From: Candidatus Cloacimonadota bacterium
GTDB lineage: Bacteria; Cloacimonadota; Cloacimonadia; Cloacimonadales; WRIO01
NCBI GenBank assembly: GCA_029564175.1
Contig: JAKQQL010000260.1
Coordinates: 1-41,732, forward strand
DNA length: 41,732 bases
Reading direction: 5' to 3'
Part shown: piece after piece, positions 38,797 to 41,732 of the stretch
Position numbering within the stretch: the stretch's first letter is position 1
Layout of the letters: each line of letters opens with the position of its first letter
Translations under genes and position numbers: made by a program
The notes under the pieces: generated by a model
The model's database searches: none
The model's input: the letters and a program-made list of their open reading frames with translations, nothing else
What the model was told of the DNA's origin: nothing

Positions 38797-38910
38797 TTTT
38801 ATGTCAAGGGGTTCCAGCGTTTCGTTCAGGATGACAAGGTTTTTGGCACTTTTAGGTCTGCCGGAGAATTAGGATTTCAACCGTGGATAAAATGCTTTTC
38901 ACTTTACTGC

Positions 38911-38938
38911 TTGACAAAGTAACTGCATTATGCAAAAT
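38911..38938 (+). promoter_or_regulatory. Putative sigma70 promoter
   Basis: TTGACA-N16-CAAAAT upstream of AAGGAG RBS. Confidence 0.4.
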
Positions 38939-38955
38939 ATGTTAAAAAGGAGTGG

Positions 38956-40728
38956 ATGATGGCTAAGATAAAGAGAATCCCTTACGGAAAATCAGACTTT
39001 GAATATGTGAATTTTCATAATGATTACTATGTAGATAAAACGATGTATATTCCTGAGCTGGAAAAAACCCCTTATATATTTCTGATTCGTCCGCGCCGAT
39101 TTGGTAAATCATTACTGGTTTCCACACTTCAAAGCTATTATGATATCAAAAAGAAAGACCGATTTGCAGAATTTTATCATGATACATGGATTCTTGAACA
39201 TCCAACCGAAGAAAGAGCGAAGTATATGGTGCTTTACTTTAACTTTTCTGCTATCTTGAAAGAAAAAGAGAAGATTCAGGAAGATTTTAATCGGTATTGT
39301 AACAAAGTGATAGAGGCGTTTCTAGAAACTTATAGAGACTTACTCACTGATGACTTGATACAAAAAACAAAAGAAGATAAGTCTGCTCATGAAAAATTAC
39401 ATACACTTTCTATTGAGTTACTTAAAAGTAATCATAAAATATACCTGCTAATCGATGAATACGATAACTTTACGAATACCTTGTTGACTGATTTTGGTGA
39501 ACAGGAATATAAGAAAATCACCAGACAGGCTGGTTATTTTAAGCAGTTCTTTACCAATCTTAAAATGCTGACTTCCGGATCAGGTTCTGGTCTGGCAAGG
39601 CTTTTTATTACCGGTGTCTCTCCTGTTACAATGGATGATGTCACCAGTGGCTTTAATATTGGAAACAATATGACAAATTCTGTTGCGTTTAACTCAATAC
39701 TTGGCTTTACAGAAAAGGATGTCAATGAAATATTGGACTACTATATTTCTGAAGGAGCACTTAAAATTGATAAAACAGAAGCCTTGAGTGTAATGAAGAA
39801 ATGGTTTGACCATTATCAGTTTTCTATGTCAGTGAAGGAATCTGTATATAATTCAGATGCGGTCTTGTATTTTTTAAAAGAAGCCATTGATGTTCAGAAT
39901 ATCCCTACAAACCTCATTGACGACAACCTGCGCATGGATTATGGCAAACTCAGGTACCTGATTATCATGGATAAAAAACTCAATGGCAACTTTGAGAGTC
40001 TATCCAAAATTGCCGATGATGGAGGTATTGCTTCTGATATTGTGAGCAGCTTCCCATTTGACCGGATTACTGATCCGGATAATTTTATCTCTTTGCTCTA
40101 CTATTTTGGTTTACTGACCCATTCCGGAAGAACCATTAAGGGCAGACCCTGGCTGGTAATCCCCAATGAGAGTATTCGCCGGATGATCTTTGAATATATC
40201 AGAGAGTCGGTCTATTATGCCTATCATTTCTCTTTTGATATTCTGAAACTCAAGGATAACCTGGCAGATATGGCTTATACAGGGGAATTCAAACCGGTCT
40301 TTTACTTTATTGAATCACTTATCAAGGCACAAACCAAGCTAAGAGATTATATGGACAATGAAAAGGTCGTCAAAGCCTTTTATCTGGCATATATGAATAT
40401 CTATGACTACTACATCGCAGCCTCCGAAGAAGAGATGAATAAAGGTTATGCTGACATGATACTCAAACCTTTTGTTGCCCGATATCCGGATATGGAATAT
40501 GCCTGGCTGATTGAATTTAAGTATATTCCACGCAGTGTTAAAGATAAAGCACTGGAAAAAGATGTCGCTATAAAGATTGCAGATGCTGAAAAACAACTGA
40601 GTCAGTATGCCAATGACGACTTCGCCTGCAAGATGCTGGCACTGCCACCTTATGGGTCGATCAAACTCAAAAAAGTGATTATCGTTTTTCATGGCTGGGA
40701 ACTGGCTTATTGTGAGGAAGTTTTTTAG
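38956..40728 (+). CDS. AAA-ATPase-like domain protein with C-terminal PD-(D/E)XK nuclease domain
   Basis: IPYG.SDF, YYVDKT.YI, RPRRFGKSL, LIDEYDN, FITGVSP; GYADM...LIEFKY...QL.QY. Confidence 0.92.
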   Translation: MMAKIKRIPYGKSDFEYVNFHNDYYVDKTMYIPELEKTPYIFLIRPRRFGKSLLVSTLQSYYDIKKKDRFAEFYHDTWILEHPTEERAKYMVLYFNFSAILKEKEKIQEDFNRYCNKVIEAFLETYRDLLTDDLIQKTKEDKSAHEKLHTLSIELLKSNHKIYLLIDEYDNFTNTLLTDFGEQEYKKITRQAGYFKQFFTNLKMLTSGSGSGLARLFITGVSPVTMDDVTSGFNIGNNMTNSVAFNSILGFTEKDVNEILDYYISEGALKIDKTEALSVMKKWFDHYQFSMSVKESVYNSDAVLYFLKEAIDVQNIPTNLIDDNLRMDYGKLRYLIIMDKKLNGNFESLSKIADDGGIASDIVSSFPFDRITDPDNFISLLYYFGLLTHSGRTIKGRPWLVIPNESIRRMIFEYIRESVYYAYHFSFDILKLKDNLADMAYTGEFKPVFYFIESLIKAQTKLRDYMDNEKVVKAFYLAYMNIYDYYIAASEEEMNKGYADMILKPFVARYPDMEYAWLIEFKYIPRSVKDKALEKDVAIKIADAEKQLSQYANDDFACKMLALPPYGSIKLKKVIIVFHGWELAYCEEVF

Positions 40729-40964
40729 ACACGGATTTGACCGATGAACACGGATATTTAAACAAAGAGGACATAGAGAACAAATAATTTCTTCTAATTA
40801 TGAATTTTGAATTATGAGTTATGAATTGGGAAATCTACTTTCCGCTCATTGCGCTCTTTGCGAGAAAACCACTTTTAAGAATTAATAACCACAGAGAATT
40901 CAGAGAACACAGAGATAAGCGCTTCTCATGATGAATTAGAAATAGTCTTTGCGATGAAAACAAT

Positions 40965-41181
40965 AGTTTTTAAGTCAAATCTGCGGTAGGTCAGGCAAGA
41001 AGCGTACGCATTTTTAACTCAAACCCTATTTTCTACTTTGCGTACTTTGTGCTCTTTGCGAGAATTACTACTTGCATCCAACAGTTTTTTAAGTCAAATC
41101 TGTAGTAGGTCACACAAGAAGCGTACGCATTTTTAACTCAAATCCTGTTTTCTACTTTGCGAACATTGCGCTCTTTGCGAG
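40965..41181 (+). repeat. Two ~98-bp diverged direct repeats (118-bp period)
   Basis: AGTTTTTAAGTCAAATCTG..GTAGGTCA..CAAGAAGCGTACGCATTTTTAACTCAAA...CTACTTTGCG...GCTCTTTGCGAG at 40965-41062 and 41083-41181. Confidence 0.9.
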
Positions 41182-41223
41182 TATATTCTTTTTAAGAATT
41201 ATTAAACACAGATGGAACAGATG

Positions 41224-41601
41224 GAAACTACTCAGATACTGGTTGTTGTTTAAAAAAAACAGTAACAAATGCTGTGCAATAAATGATAAATTGAAAAGCA
41301 CCTGTAGGGATTTGCGAAGCGAAGCGCCGTAAATCCGCAATCGTACTGCAAGATTCTAGCTTGCAGAAAAGGCTACAAGCAAGATGCTTATAGTACGGGT
41401 TTTTCGGATGTGCGGCCGAATTTTATTACCACGAAAAGGTACTAAATACACTAAAATAGTATTTGAGTGCGACCATCCAGTTAGGAAATTCATTCATCAT
41501 TCATAATTAAACATCCCTCCTTACGGACAGTTTTAACATTTTTTTAAAAAGGACATTTTGCAGAAACACATTTATGGCGTAACAAGTACCTGATTAGTTA
41601 C
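41224..41601 (-). mobile_element. Second, inverted and expanded copy of the 16536-16773 MITE
   Basis: Ends GAAACTACTCAGATACT and AGTACCTGATTAGTTAC; interior matches the reverse complement of 16536-16773 plus ~140 bp extra at ~41405-41545. Confidence 0.88.
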
Positions 41602-41732
41602 ATGAAATCTAAAAAAAAATAAAAATTCCAAAAAAAGTAGATTTTTTGCAATTTTGTCCGGTGTATATATATAGAGGCTTACAGTTCTCTCTTTCATGAA
41701 CTGTGAAGAAACCTCTTGATCTATTTACAGAC

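Overview
AT-rich bacterial chromosomal window. Two secreted proteins end in an 'NYPNPFNP..I.(Y/F).L...IYN.KG..V' FlgD-Ig/T9SS-like tail; with the gene content this suggests Cloacimonadota or a related FCB-group lineage (inference). About 22 credible CDS: a beta-propeller surface protein, a TsoY/TDT-like membrane protein, a divergent polysaccharide deacetylase, a type I restriction-modification operon (hsdM-hsdS-[RAYT HUH transposase]-hsdR), two sensor kinases, RNase HIII, an M6 metalloprotease, a transglutaminase-like protein, Mrp/ApbC, a NatAB-like ABC/CPBP pair, a TolC-MacA-MacB(split) efflux operon, an outer-membrane protein, glutathione peroxidase and an AAA-ATPase/PD-(D/E)XK protein. No rRNA, tRNA or CRISPR is seen. 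The most unusual signal is in the type I RM operon. A REP-associated tyrosine transposase (RAYT) is translationally coupled to hsdR and carries its own REP palindromes plus a 5x27-bp half-REP array inside its reading frame. A related 28-nt REP sits inside hsdM at a sharp GC step, so hsdS is bracketed by intragenic REPs. Intergenic DNA holds many non-autonomous elements: MITEs with clear TIRs and target duplications, a multi-layer nested stack upstream of hsdM, and tandem REP arrays in the efflux operon.
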